Shown here one piece after another: positions 1 through 8,659 of a stretch of DNA of 64,000 nucleotides. Position numbers and translations under genes: made by a program. The stretch is from a virus: IMG/VR virus record IMGVR_UViG_3300045988_131228, positions 109,272 to 173,271 of that record; one strand, written 5' to 3'. Under the pieces are notes generated by a model, which saw only the letters and a program-made list of their open reading frames with translations, ran no database searches and was not told the origin of the DNA. Every line of letters begins with the position of its first letter. The first letter of the stretch is position 1.

Positions 1-1081
1 CACATAAATCAATGGCTTCTGGACTACCATATTTAATTCCCAGTTTAATAAGCAAATCGGCAAGACCAAAGATTCCAAGTCCAATCTGTCTCCAATCATA
101 TACAGATTCTCTTTGTTCTTTTAATGGATGGAGTGGAAGTCCTTCATCTAATACTTCATTTAATGCAATAACAGACGATTTGACACAATGCTTAAAACTC
201 TCAAAATCAAATCCTGTATCACATGCAAATTCAGCTAGGTTAATGCTACCAAGAAGGCATGAACCTCCCGCTGGCAAAGGTTCTTCTGCGCATGGATTTG
301 TTCCTGCATATTCAAACTCATCATCACAACTAAGTAGATTCCAATTATTGATTCTGTCCCAGAAAAGCATTCCAGGTTCAGCATAATCCCAGTTCATTTC
401 ACACATTTTATGAAACATTTCATATGCATCAATTTCTTTAGTGATGGTTTCTCCTGTTTCTAACCTAGTAAATGATAGAGTAAATGGAGTTTTATTCTTT
501 ACCGCAGCCATAAACTTGTCTGTAATTCTAATAGAGATATTAGCTTTTGTGACTCTATCAAGATCTGATTTAATACCAATAAATTCTTCTAAGTCTGGAT
601 GCTCACATGAAAGACTAAGCATTAAAGCTCCTCTACGTCCCGCTTGCCCGATTAATCCAGTAACCATAGAATATAAATCCATAAACGATACAGAGCCAGT
701 TGTTTCTTTAGCGGCATTATTGACCTTTGCACCTCTTGGAGATAATTTACTAATATCAACTCCACATCCACCACCATAGCTATATGTACGAGCAAGTTTT
801 TTAGCGCAGTCAAAGATACTTTCAATATTGTCTTCTGGTTGTTCAATTACATAGCAATTACTGAGACTAATTTTACGTCCTTTATTCTCAAGACCTCTAT
901 TGGCAAGAATACGGCCACCGAATAAAAACTTTTTCTCTTTAATTAAATTAGCAATTTCTGAATTTCCACCAGATACACGATTAATCCACTCATCAAAAGT
1001 TTCATTTTCATATCTGTATTTTCTTTCCCAAATATCTTGTCCTAATTGATTCTCTGTTCCTAACCATTCCTGTACTGTCAT
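1..1081 (-). CDS. nrdJ: ribonucleotide reductase, class II (adenosylcobalamin-dependent) type, N-terminal ~360 codons; remainder lies beyond the window start
   Basis: Own minus-strand translation from ATG 1081..1079 (SD GGAG upstream): MTVQEWLGTENQLGQDIWERKYRYE..FGGRILANRG..SNCYV..YGGGCGVDISKLSPRGAKV..GSVSFMDLY..RRGALMLSLSCEHPDLEEFI..EPGMLFWDRIN..GTNPCAEEPLPAGGSCLLGSINL. Open to position 1; absent from the ORF track because it has no stop in the window. Confidence 0.8.
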   Translation of the reverse strand, partial: MTVQEWLGTENQLGQDIWERKYRYENETFDEWINRVSGGNSEIANLIKEKKFLFGGRILANRGLENKGRKISLSNCYVIEQPEDNIESIFDCAKKLARTYSYGGGCGVDISKLSPRGAKVNNAAKETTGSVSFMDLYSMVTGLIGQAGRRGALMLSLSCEHPDLEEFIGIKSDLDRVTKANISIRITDKFMAAVKNKTPFTLSFTRLETGETITKEIDAYEMFHKMCEMNWDYAEPGMLFWDRINNWNLLSCDDEFEYAGTNPCAEEPLPAGGSCLLGSINLAEFACDTGFDFESFKHCVKSSVIALNEVLDEGLPLHPLKEQRESVYDWRQIGLGIFGLADLLIKLGIKYGSPEAIDLC

Positions 1082-1233
1082 TCATTATCTCCTTTACCAA
1101 ATCTCTTATTAAATATTTTCTTCTCAATCTTCTCTCTATCTTTTGTTGAAACTGCCAAACACAAGCACATATACGCAATTACCAGTAAACACGCAATGAT
1201 AAAAGTTCCAACTCCGATAACAACTACATTCAT
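1078..1233 (-). CDS. small membrane protein (51 aa)
   Basis: Own translation (below track cutoff): MNVVVIGVGTFIIACLLVIAYMCLCLAVSTKDREKIEKKIFNKRFGKGDNE; SD GAGGGGTGG upstream; its TGA overlaps the nrdJ ATG (ATGA). Confidence 0.45.
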   Translation of the reverse strand: MNVVVIGVGTFIIACLLVIAYMCLCLAVSTKDREKIEKKIFNKRFGKGDNE

Positions 1234-1247
1234 AATAACCACCCCTC

Positions 1248-1388
1248 TCACATATCTTTGATCTTAATTTTAAGTGCTTCTAATTCTTTATATTTATCAG
1301 TATCATATCTGGTATAATCTTTGATAATCATATGAGTTTGTTCATTGCAAATAAGTTCTATAAGTAATTTCTTCTCGTTTTCGGTCAT
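1248..1388 (-). CDS. hypothetical small protein (46 aa)
   Basis: Own translation: MTENEKKLLIELICNEQTHMIIKDYTRYDTDKYKELEALKIKIKDM; SD AAAGGAAG 8 nt upstream. Confidence 0.4.
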   Translation of the reverse strand: MTENEKKLLIELICNEQTHMIIKDYTRYDTDKYKELEALKIKIKDM

Positions 1389-1457
1389 TTTCTTATCTTC
1401 CTTTACTATTTTTCTCGTATATATTTATTTTCTCTTTTTTCGTGTTATAATATCCGT

Positions 1458-1585
1458 AGTGGAGATATTTATATAAATTGTTAATAGTCATAATTAGAAT
1501 GTTTTCTGAAAATAGTAATATCAGATTTATATTTAGCACATTATCTTTATCTACAAGATGTAACCTATCAACCAATATCTCCACT
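1458..1585. repeat. 12-bp inverted repeat AGTGGAGATATT / AATATCTCCACT flanking a 104-bp AT-rich spacer
   Basis: Arms at 1458..1469 and 1574..1585 read directly; lies in the ~200-bp non-coding gap between 1587..1784 and the small genes. Confidence 0.6.
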
Positions 1586-1586
1586 C

Positions 1587-1784
1587 TTATGAACAAATTC
1601 TTTTGATTTCACCGTTGCCACCATCTTTACATTTCAAAACAAGATGTGTGCATAATGAGTCAGCACAGTTTGGTTTGTGTGCAATCATATCAATTACATA
1701 TTCTCTATTCTCAACTTCAACAGTAATGAAATTATCCCCAATGCGTTTTAATTCCCGTACTAGCTCTCCGCTACTAATAATCAC
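1587..1784 (-). CDS. hypothetical phage protein (65 aa)
   Basis: ORF track; start overlaps the stop of 1781..2371 by 4 nt (ATGA coupling). Confidence 0.5.
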   Translation of the reverse strand: MIISSGELVRELKRIGDNFITVEVENREYVIDMIAHKPNCADSLCTHLVLKCKDGGNGEIKRICS

Positions 1785-2371
1785 TTCTCCAAAGTCACCT
1801 CTTTCCCAATTCCTAGCAGATATTGTCTAATTTCAGCCCAATTCTGTAATCTTTTACCTGTCCAATCTTTATTCCAACTATATGTTCTACCAAAACAAAT
1901 ATTTTCTTTTGCATTGGAAGTTGCAAGATTTTTTGTACTATCATCAATGAATAATCCGTCACTCATATCAATGTGTGACTTATCGGAATGTTCTTTGAGA
2001 TTTACGCCAATAAATTCTATATTTGGAAATCTTTTCTTAATCCATTCCTCTTTTTGTTTAAGATTAGGTGAATATCCATGTGACACAATTTTAATAGAAT
2101 AGTATTCAAATAGTTCATTGATTGCACGTTCAGCCCAAGGCATAAAATGTAATCTCTCAAAGAATCTTGGCTGATTAAAGTACAAATCAATATATCCAGG
2201 TGGAGCACAATTACATTCTTCAAATCCCCAAGTATCAACAGTCCACCAATTTACATAATGGAATTTCTTGTAATATTGAAAATCTTCATTATATAAATCA
2301 ACAATCGCATCTATGGTGGCGACTAACGTTCCATCAAAATCAACATATAATGTTTTAATATCATTTCTCAT
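1781..2371 (-). CDS. HAD-superfamily 5'(3')-deoxyribonucleotidase-like phosphatase
   Basis: N-terminal DxDxT motif (YVDFDGTLV) and C-terminal FIDDS motif; size and context (dNTP metabolism cluster) fit the NT5C-type family. Confidence 0.65.
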   Translation of the reverse strand: MRNDIKTLYVDFDGTLVATIDAIVDLYNEDFQYYKKFHYVNWWTVDTWGFEECNCAPPGYIDLYFNQPRFFERLHFMPWAERAINELFEYYSIKIVSHGYSPNLKQKEEWIKKRFPNIEFIGVNLKEHSDKSHIDMSDGLFIDDSTKNLATSNAKENICFGRTYSWNKDWTGKRLQNWAEIRQYLLGIGKEVTLEK

Positions 2372-2942
2372 CTGTGATACCTCGTTTTGCTCTGTCTTTA
2401 TTGATTACACGTACCATTTTCGCAACAGATTCTTCCAGACTTCTATCATTCAATACAAAGTAATCAATAAGATTGGATTTCTCAAAGTTGGAAAATTCTG
2501 CACTTTCCTTGATGTAATTAGCTTGCCAAGCGTCATAATCTCCACGTTTTCTTGCTCTTTGTCGTAAATCATTGTATGGAACATTCACCATAATGGTTAC
2601 TAATTCAATATCCATATCTTTTGTTTTAAGTTTTAATTCGTAATATCCTGTGGGATTGATAATGTAGAAGTCATTATCTAAGAGTTGTTGTTTTGTTGCG
2701 AAATTGCAATATCCTACTCTATCAGTATAGGCAATCATATCATTACGATATTTCTCTATTTCATCTGGTAAAATTAATATATGGTCTGAATTTTCTTTTG
2801 TTTCACCTTGTCGTAGATATTGTCTAGTTGAATATGAGCGCAAGATATTCATATTCAATTGCTTTGCAGCTTCTTTTGTCACAGTTGATTTGCCTGATCC
2901 TGTTCTTCCTAATACACAATATACTGTATGTATAATAATCAC
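2361..2942 (-). CDS. P-loop nucleoside/nucleotide (dNMP-type) kinase
   Basis: Walker A GRTGSGKST near the N-terminus, ~190 aa, between the nucleotidase and ThyX. Confidence 0.55.
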   Translation of the reverse strand: MIIIHTVYCVLGRTGSGKSTVTKEAAKQLNMNILRSYSTRQYLRQGETKENSDHILILPDEIEKYRNDMIAYTDRVGYCNFATKQQLLDNDFYIINPTGYYELKLKTKDMDIELVTIMVNVPYNDLRQRARKRGDYDAWQANYIKESAEFSNFEKSNLIDYFVLNDRSLEESVAKMVRVINKDRAKRGITDEK

Positions 2943-3613
2943 GCTTCCTTTCTTGGCTTACGACCGCAAGATTTAGTCTCATCACAATATCCAGTTAATT
3001 CACATTTGGGTTTAAACATATTATCAACAATCCACGCCCATTCATCTGAATATTCTCTTAAAACATTTTCAATAGTGGAAAATAATTCTCTAAATTCCCA
3101 ATATGCTCTTGTACATTTTCTTACATGACTCATATCAATGAGATTACGAAGATTTCTTTTTTCAACAATTTTCGTTGTCATTCCTAATGGAAGCAAATTC
3201 GCAAGATCTTCTCTTGGAATACCTAAGTCATTTAATTCTGACAATGCTTTTCTAATGTTTTTCACAGCTTGATTATATGTAATTGTTGCATCTCCATTTG
3301 ATTTAATAGATTTAGGAACGATAATATCAAAGTCATTGTAATTGATATATCTTGTAGACGCTTGTAACCAAGGGGATAATCCACCTACATGTCTTTCGTA
3401 TTCTCTCATTACTCTTGCACTAAATCCATCAATAACCATATGAACATCAGGAAATTCAAATGTACGTCCATGACCAGATTTAATACAGTCAACACCACGT
3501 TTATAGTTTTTTTCAGCGTTTGTCACATCTGCTCCCCAACAAATACCTGCTCTATTACCAATAAGTGTAATTGGTGTTTTAGTTGTTTCTGACAAAATTG
3601 TAATTGTTCCCAT
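2939..3613 (-). CDS. thyX: flavin-dependent thymidylate synthase
   Basis: ThyX-type signature ERHVGGLSPWLQASTRY (RHxxxxS..S.RY), ~224 aa. Confidence 0.8.
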   Translation of the reverse strand: MGTITILSETTKTPITLIGNRAGICWGADVTNAEKNYKRGVDCIKSGHGRTFEFPDVHMVIDGFSARVMREYERHVGGLSPWLQASTRYINYNDFDIIVPKSIKSNGDATITYNQAVKNIRKALSELNDLGIPREDLANLLPLGMTTKIVEKRNLRNLIDMSHVRKCTRAYWEFRELFSTIENVLREYSDEWAWIVDNMFKPKCELTGYCDETKSCGRKPRKEA

Positions 3614-3616
3614 TCT

Positions 3617-3859
3617 TTATTCCTCCACAATCCATAATCTAATATCTTCTTTGAATTGATTACATAATTTTTCATCATCCGATAAGAAATTTACAACACA
3701 CGCTTTATTAAGACTTGTGCTTAGAATCCCCATAATAGATTTGGCATCAATCGTGTACCTAGAATATACATAGTCGATATCCACATCTTTATATTCTCCA
3801 CATTTTGCTACAAACAATCCTGCGTCATTGATTGTGTTTAATTTGACTTTGCACTTCAT
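3617..3859 (-). CDS. HPr/Crh-like domain protein lacking the His15 site
   Basis: DAKSIMGILS matches the HPr Ser46 region (B. subtilis NLKSIMGVMS); 80 aa; no GIHARPA His15 motif. Confidence 0.55.
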   Translation of the reverse strand: MKCKVKLNTINDAGLFVAKCGEYKDVDIDYVYSRYTIDAKSIMGILSTSLNKACVVNFLSDDEKLCNQFKEDIRLWIVEE

Positions 3860-3886
3860 TTTATAAAATCCTTTCTTATTATAATG

Positions 3887-5860
3887 TTAATTTAATAGTT
3901 GCATAAATTGTTCTTCATTGATAATTTGCACTCCCAATGATTTTGCTTTCTTGTTCTTACTGGAAGAAGATTCAATATCATTATTAATCAACGCAAATGT
4001 CTTAGCCGATACAGAACCAGATACTTTACCGCCATTTGATTCAATAATAGATTTCAGTTCATCTCTATTACTGTATTTCTCTAATGATCCTGTAATAACG
4101 AATGTTTTTCCTTGTAAGGTATTTTGAGCATTATTAGACTCACTAGGAATTTTAAATGTAAATTCTTTACTCAATTCAAAAACTTTATTCATGTGTGTTA
4201 TGGCAAATTTTTGAATATTATTACTTGCAACTACACCGATACCATCTACTTTAAGATTCCAAAAATATCCATATCCACAAGAGAAACAATGATAAAATTC
4301 ATCAAAGTTATATTTAAAATGTTTAGCAATATCTTTACTTGCACTTTTGCCAATCATGGGTACGGAAAGTGCATAAATAAATCTGTTAAGTGTAGTTTCT
4401 TTGCTCTTTTCAATAGATTCTAACAACTTATCTACTGATTTTTTACCAAATCCATCAAGACCATACATTTTCCCTTTATAATCGGATAGATGATAAATAC
4501 TCTTAATGGAATCTAACCATTCAAGAGAAATAAATTTCTCAAGTGTAGCTTCTGACAATCCGTCAATATTCAGTGCATTCCTACTTACTGCATGAACAAG
4601 TTTACCTAATAATTTACCTTGACAATCATCATTCATACACATGAGAACTTCTGAATCATTTTCTTTTACAATTTTAGTTTCTCCACCACAAATAGGACAT
4701 TTATCTGGAATTGTAAAATTATTAGATTTATCAATACTATCATGTACTTTGGGGATAACTTTATTTGAGCGATATACTCTGATTCTGTCACCGATACCAA
4801 GAGATAATTTCTTGATATAAGAAATGTTATGTAATGTAGCTCTGGTAGTAATTGCACCATCTAAATCAATAGGTTCAAATATTGCTACTGGGTTAATCAA
4901 TCCTGTCTTAGAAGTATTCCATTCAATATCTTTTAGTACAGTTTCATATAATTGATCTTCATATTTATATGCAATGGAATGTCTAAAGAATTTATCAGTC
5001 TTGCCTAATGATTCTCCATAATCGTAATCATCATATGTCATTACTGCACCGTCATATGGAATATTGTTCTCATCAGCAACATCTTTAATTGTATCTAATA
5101 CAGTTTGGGTATTTTCGCATCCTATATATGGAATCATTGGAACTCTTTCAAATCCACACTTTTCTGCATTTAGCAAATCTTCATAAACAGATTTATGTTC
5201 AAATCCTTTAATAACACGCCAAGCAATAAATCTCATATTTCTTTGTGCAGCTTCGTTACTATCTAATAAAAGTAATGAGCCAGATACTAGATTTCTTGGA
5301 TGTTTATATTTTTTATCTGTATCTTTAATGTTTTCATTAATTTTATTGAATGTGTCCCATCCAATAATCGTTTCTCCATCAACAATTAACTCATCATAAT
5401 ATGGGATTTTCTTTGGAATATTTTTGATTGTTAATACATTTTGGAGAACATCTGTACCTTCATAACCATTACCTCTAGTAACAGCACTTACTAATTCTCC
5501 ATGAATATACTTTAATGTCGTACTAAGACCATCACATTTCACAGATACAATACACTGTTTATTTCCTGCAAATTGTTTCAAATCGTTAATAGATTTTGTC
5601 TTGTCGAGCGATAACATCAAATGATCAAGTTTAACTTCATTCAATTTATCTGATACGGTATATCCAACGTTTTGAGTAGGACTGTTTGGAAAGATGATGT
5701 TTTCTTGATTTTCCAACATCTGTAATTCTTCATATTTTTTATCCCAGTCATAATCAGACATAATTGGTGTACTTGTGTAATATGCAATAGAAGCATTATT
5801 TAGTTCTTCAATCAAACTTTTCATCTTTTCAATACGTTCATATCTACTTTTTATTCCCAT
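3887..5860 (-). CDS. ligA: NAD-dependent DNA ligase
   Basis: 657 aa; adenylation KxDG (VKCDGLS), Zn finger CPICGG..C..C, HhH region, C-terminal BRCT (GKTFVITGSL). Confidence 0.95.
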   Translation of the reverse strand: MGIKSRYERIEKMKSLIEELNNASIAYYTSTPIMSDYDWDKKYEELQMLENQENIIFPNSPTQNVGYTVSDKLNEVKLDHLMLSLDKTKSINDLKQFAGNKQCIVSVKCDGLSTTLKYIHGELVSAVTRGNGYEGTDVLQNVLTIKNIPKKIPYYDELIVDGETIIGWDTFNKINENIKDTDKKYKHPRNLVSGSLLLLDSNEAAQRNMRFIAWRVIKGFEHKSVYEDLLNAEKCGFERVPMIPYIGCENTQTVLDTIKDVADENNIPYDGAVMTYDDYDYGESLGKTDKFFRHSIAYKYEDQLYETVLKDIEWNTSKTGLINPVAIFEPIDLDGAITTRATLHNISYIKKLSLGIGDRIRVYRSNKVIPKVHDSIDKSNNFTIPDKCPICGGETKIVKENDSEVLMCMNDDCQGKLLGKLVHAVSRNALNIDGLSEATLEKFISLEWLDSIKSIYHLSDYKGKMYGLDGFGKKSVDKLLESIEKSKETTLNRFIYALSVPMIGKSASKDIAKHFKYNFDEFYHCFSCGYGYFWNLKVDGIGVVASNNIQKFAITHMNKVFELSKEFTFKIPSESNNAQNTLQGKTFVITGSLEKYSNRDELKSIIESNGGKVSGSVSAKTFALINNDIESSSSKNKKAKSLGVQIINEEQFMQLLN

Positions 5861-6087
5861 ACGTTATAACTCCTTATTCCAATGTCAACAATTCGTGTAA
5901 ATGGGTTCTCATCTTTCTTACATTTGATGACACCTATAAATACAACATCGTTACTTGTATCATATTTCTTTTTATGTTCCATGAGATAATCCCATGCTTG
6001 TTGCATAGTGGTGAATTTATCTCCCATCCATCCGCTATTATCACCATATTTCACACAAGGAACATATTTATAATTCTTCTTACTCAT
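5851..6087 (-). CDS. hypothetical phage protein (78 aa)
   Basis: ORF track; fits the minus-strand gene array; no domain recognised. Confidence 0.55.
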   Translation of the reverse strand: MSKKNYKYVPCVKYGDNSGWMGDKFTTMQQAWDYLMEHKKKYDTSNDVVFIGVIKCKKDENPFTRIVDIGIRSYNVWE

Positions 6088-6314
6088 TTATTCTCCTTAT
6101 AATATGGACTTTTCTTTGCATATTCTTTCAGATACTTTAACATCTCTGATTCTTCTGGAAAGAATGGATTTCGTTTATGCTCAAGTGCAACATAATTTAG
6201 AAAGTTTATCATCAACTGACCAAATCGTAAGTCCGGATAACATTGCATCCATACTCTTTCTAACTCTTTAGTAAATTCTGGTATTCTATTCTTGTCTCTC
6301 ATTTTGACCTCCAT
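6084..6314 (-). CDS. hypothetical phage protein (72-76 aa)
   Basis: ORF track; a more likely start is ATG 6302, because GGAGG lies 5 nt upstream of it. Confidence 0.55.
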   Translation of the reverse strand: MEVKMRDKNRIPEFTKELERVWMQCYPDLRFGQLMINFLNYVALEHKRNPFFPEESEMLKYLKEYAKKSPYYKENK

Positions 6315-6326
6315 GAAACAGCTCTT

Positions 6327-6494
6327 TCATACATATATAAATTCTGCTAATGCATTATAATATCCAGCTAATACTCCTATCACCTGAATAGCTGTAATAA
6401 TGACTAATAGTGCAAAGAAATGTAATCTCTTTATATTGATTTTTAAGCAAAATACGCTCAATATCGCCCAACAAATAAGATTTATAACGTTCAA
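6327..6494 (-). CDS. possible small two-helix membrane protein (55 aa, TTG start)
   Basis: Own translation: NVINLICWAILSVFCLKINIKRLHFFALLVIITAIQVIGVLAGYYNALAEFIYV; no SD seen; an overlapping 51-codon ATG frame is the alternative. Confidence 0.3.
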   Translation of the reverse strand: MNVINLICWAILSVFCLKINIKRLHFFALLVIITAIQVIGVLAGYYNALAEFIYV

Positions 6495-6517
6495 AAATAG
6501 TTAAATTCATATTTTTC

Positions 6518-6820
6518 TTATTTAATATCTCCATTCATTTTTGCTTTAAATAACGCTTTTAAATAATCTTGTGGGTTGTCCTTTGCTGCTTGGAATCCTA
6601 CTTTTTGTCTTTTAATATCATCAAGTACGATTTTATATTTAGGACTATTACTTACTTCTTCTCTATATTTCTGCACTTCTTCACGGGTTACTATCTCTTT
6701 ATCAACTAAAATTCTCAATACAACTTGTACATCAATTGCTGTTTTAAGAATAGTTTCTTGTACTTGCAATTCGTGCAGAGCTTCTTCTGGTTTATAAAAC
6801 TTATCATTACTTACTGGCAT
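6518..6820 (-). CDS. hypothetical phage protein (100 aa)
   Basis: ORF track; fits the array; no domain recognised. Confidence 0.55.
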   Translation of the reverse strand: MPVSNDKFYKPEEALHELQVQETILKTAIDVQVVLRILVDKEIVTREEVQKYREEVSNSPKYKIVLDDIKRQKVGFQAAKDNPQDYLKALFKAKMNGDIK

Positions 6821-7425
6821 TTAATATCTTCCTTTCCAATAATTTCTGCTAATGTTCTCGGTGTATAATCCATGTAATTTATCATACAACCAACATTTTT
6901 AGCAATACATTTGATATTATGTTTCTCATTCAGCGATTCTATAAAGTCTTGAAAGATGGTTTCTTCATTTGAATTATGAACGTGACCATATAACTGAATG
7001 CTCCATACCTTATATTCTTCTCCATCTCTTCTATAATGATGTTGATGATTCCAGAAAGCTAATGGATAGTGTGAAAGAACTACATTATATTCTTTACCAT
7101 TGATATTATCTTTTACTTCCTTATAATCACAAACTTCTACAAATAGTTGCTTATATCTTTGGTCTTTCACTCTATCGTGATTGCCAACGATTAAATGTTT
7201 GTTACCTTTCAGTTTGCTTACAAATGAGATTACATCTTCATTCTCTTTCCACGCTAAATCACCAAGGATATAAACATGATCAGCATTAGTAATTACATTA
7301 TTCCAATTTGCTTTAATCGTTTTGTGCATTTCTTCAAGTGTTTTAAATGGTCTATTATCAAAATTAGAACCTTCATCTGTTACATTCTTATGGAATAAAT
7401 GCACATCTGAGATATAGTAATTCAT
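6811..7425 (-). CDS. calcineurin-like metallophosphoesterase
   Basis: Motifs DVH (ISDVHLFH), GD (ILGDLAW), GNHD (VGNHDR), GHVH. Confidence 0.8.
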   Translation of the reverse strand: MNYYISDVHLFHKNVTDEGSNFDNRPFKTLEEMHKTIKANWNNVITNADHVYILGDLAWKENEDVISFVSKLKGNKHLIVGNHDRVKDQRYKQLFVEVCDYKEVKDNINGKEYNVVLSHYPLAFWNHQHHYRRDGEEYKVWSIQLYGHVHNSNEETIFQDFIESLNEKHNIKCIAKNVGCMINYMDYTPRTLAEIIGKEDIKCQ

Positions 7426-7733
7426 TATTCATCATTCACTTTCTTAAATTTATAAATAGAATTTTCTGTTTCGACATTTATACAAGTAATTTCTCCATTC
7501 TTATCTTTAATATATTCAAAAGACTTTACAAAACTTGTTCTTAATACTAAGTATCTCATTGGTGTACCATCGGAATCTCTTACATATTTAATAATTAATG
7601 GAAAGCCAATTAAAATATCATTAATATCAAGGCTGATAATTCTTCCAATCCGCATAGGGTATCTATCGTCCTGCCTATCTAACCCTTTTAATGTTCCTTT
7701 ACTATGTTTGATGCTTGCAATTTTGTATAACAT
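7425..7733 (-). CDS. hypothetical phage protein (102 aa)
   Basis: ORF track; fits the array. Confidence 0.55.
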   Translation of the reverse strand: MLYKIASIKHSKGTLKGLDRQDDRYPMRIGRIISLDINDILIGFPLIIKYVRDSDGTPMRYLVLRTSFVKSFEYIKDKNGEITCINVETENSIYKFKKVNDE

Positions 7734-7735
7734 AT

Positions 7736-8125
7736 TTATTCTCCCATATCATGAAATTCTCTACCGTTAAGAATATTAATGAGTGCATTTTTATCTCTTT
7801 CTAATGCAAGTGAATATGAACACTTTGCAATAGAATCAGATTGAGATAATGGTTCTCTTTCTAATTCTTCATCAATTTTCTTATCAAGAAATTCTACAAA
7901 TCTCCACAAACGCTCTTCAATTGAAGAAACTAAGTTGCCATGAATGTCACCATTTGTATCAATCTGTACATCAGAAACACTCAGTTTATTAAAGTTAGTT
8001 ACTTCTTTCTTACTTAACCATTTAATCCATTTGTTGCATTTCTTACAATACAGTCCTGTCTGTGTGCCACTTTCTTTTGTGTAAAATTCTTCACAACCAC
8101 ATTTATTACATTTTTCTGGAATAAT
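7736..8125 (-). CDS. zinc-ribbon protein (129 aa) with apparent ATT start codon
   Basis: Own translation: (I)IPEKCNKCGCEEFYTKESGTQTGLYCKKCNKWIKWLSKKEV...REFHDMGE. The 130-codon frame opens after an in-frame TGA at 8134..8132. SD GAGGTG (8138..8133) lies 7 nt before ATT 8125..8123. There is no ATG/GTG until far downstream, and the first TTG is 57 codons from the end. Confidence 0.5.
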   Translation of the reverse strand: MIPEKCNKCGCEEFYTKESGTQTGLYCKKCNKWIKWLSKKEVTNFNKLSVSDVQIDTNGDIHGNLVSSIEERLWRFVEFLDKKIDEELEREPLSQSDSIAKCSYSLALERDKNALINILNGREFHDMGE

Positions 8126-8149
8126 AGTTGTTCACCTCTTTTCTTACAT

Positions 8150-8195
8150 ACTATATATAGTATTTATTTTAATTTAATACACTATATATAGTATT
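8150..8195. promoter_or_regulatory. two copies of ACTATATATAGTATT (palindromic core ACTATATATAGT), 31 bp apart
   Basis: Copies at 8150..8164 and 8181..8195, in the 98-bp gap upstream of the ATT-start gene. Confidence 0.6.
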
Positions 8196-8223
8196 GTTTC
8201 TGACATGAAATTCTGCTTTCATT

Positions 8224-8439
8224 TTATTTCCATATTCCTGATTTTAATTTTTCTTGCGCTTCATCTTTATCCAAAATATAGATATCTCTTTCACAAGCGT
8301 TACATACACCATAAACATCTTTTCCATCATATTCATAATGATAAACATTTGATCCACAACCACATGGATTCTTCTCATGTGGAACATAGTAACTATGAAT
8401 GGTTTTAGGTGCATCTTTATAATATTGTTTTGTTCTCAT
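8224..8439 (-). CDS. Cys-rich small protein (71 aa)
   Basis: ORF track; CGCGS..CNAC pattern. Confidence 0.55.
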   Translation of the reverse strand: MRTKQYYKDAPKTIHSYYVPHEKNPCGCGSNVYHYEYDGKDVYGVCNACERDIYILDKDEAQEKLKSGIWK

Positions 8440-8651
8440 ATGATATCCTCCATATCGTAATTCTCTCTTATGTAATCACATAAATCATTCATAACTGAAA
8501 TAATATGTTCATCATCTTTTAATACAGGATGAATATTACACATACATGAGCCATTTGCCCCATATTTTTTGAATTTCTGCATATTAAATGTGATCCATAG
8601 GAGAGGTGTTTTTGTAAGATTCTTTGTTAGTAGTCGTGTTATGATTTTCAT
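8436..8651 (-). CDS. hypothetical phage protein (71 aa)
   Basis: ORF track; 4-nt overlap with the downstream gene. Confidence 0.5.
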   Translation of the reverse strand: MKIITRLLTKNLTKTPLLWITFNMQKFKKYGANGSCMCNIHPVLKDDEHIISVMNDLCDYIRENYDMEDII

Positions 8652-8659
8652 TTAGTCAT

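Noticed and set aside
12-779. Plus-strand track ORFs 12..386 and 441..779. The same applies to most other plus-strand ORFs in the track, e.g. 3918..4423, 9154..10351, 15645..16341, 43133..43603, 53067..53330, 59619..59972.
   Set aside because: They lie antisense to strongly supported minus-strand genes (RNR, ligase, DnaE, SSB, integrase and others). They have no SD and show low-complexity, antisense-type composition.
1393-1596. Minus-strand ORF of 67 aa in the AT-rich gap.
   Set aside because: No SD, low-complexity sequence, overlaps the upstream gene end and spans the inverted-repeat region. More likely regulatory DNA.
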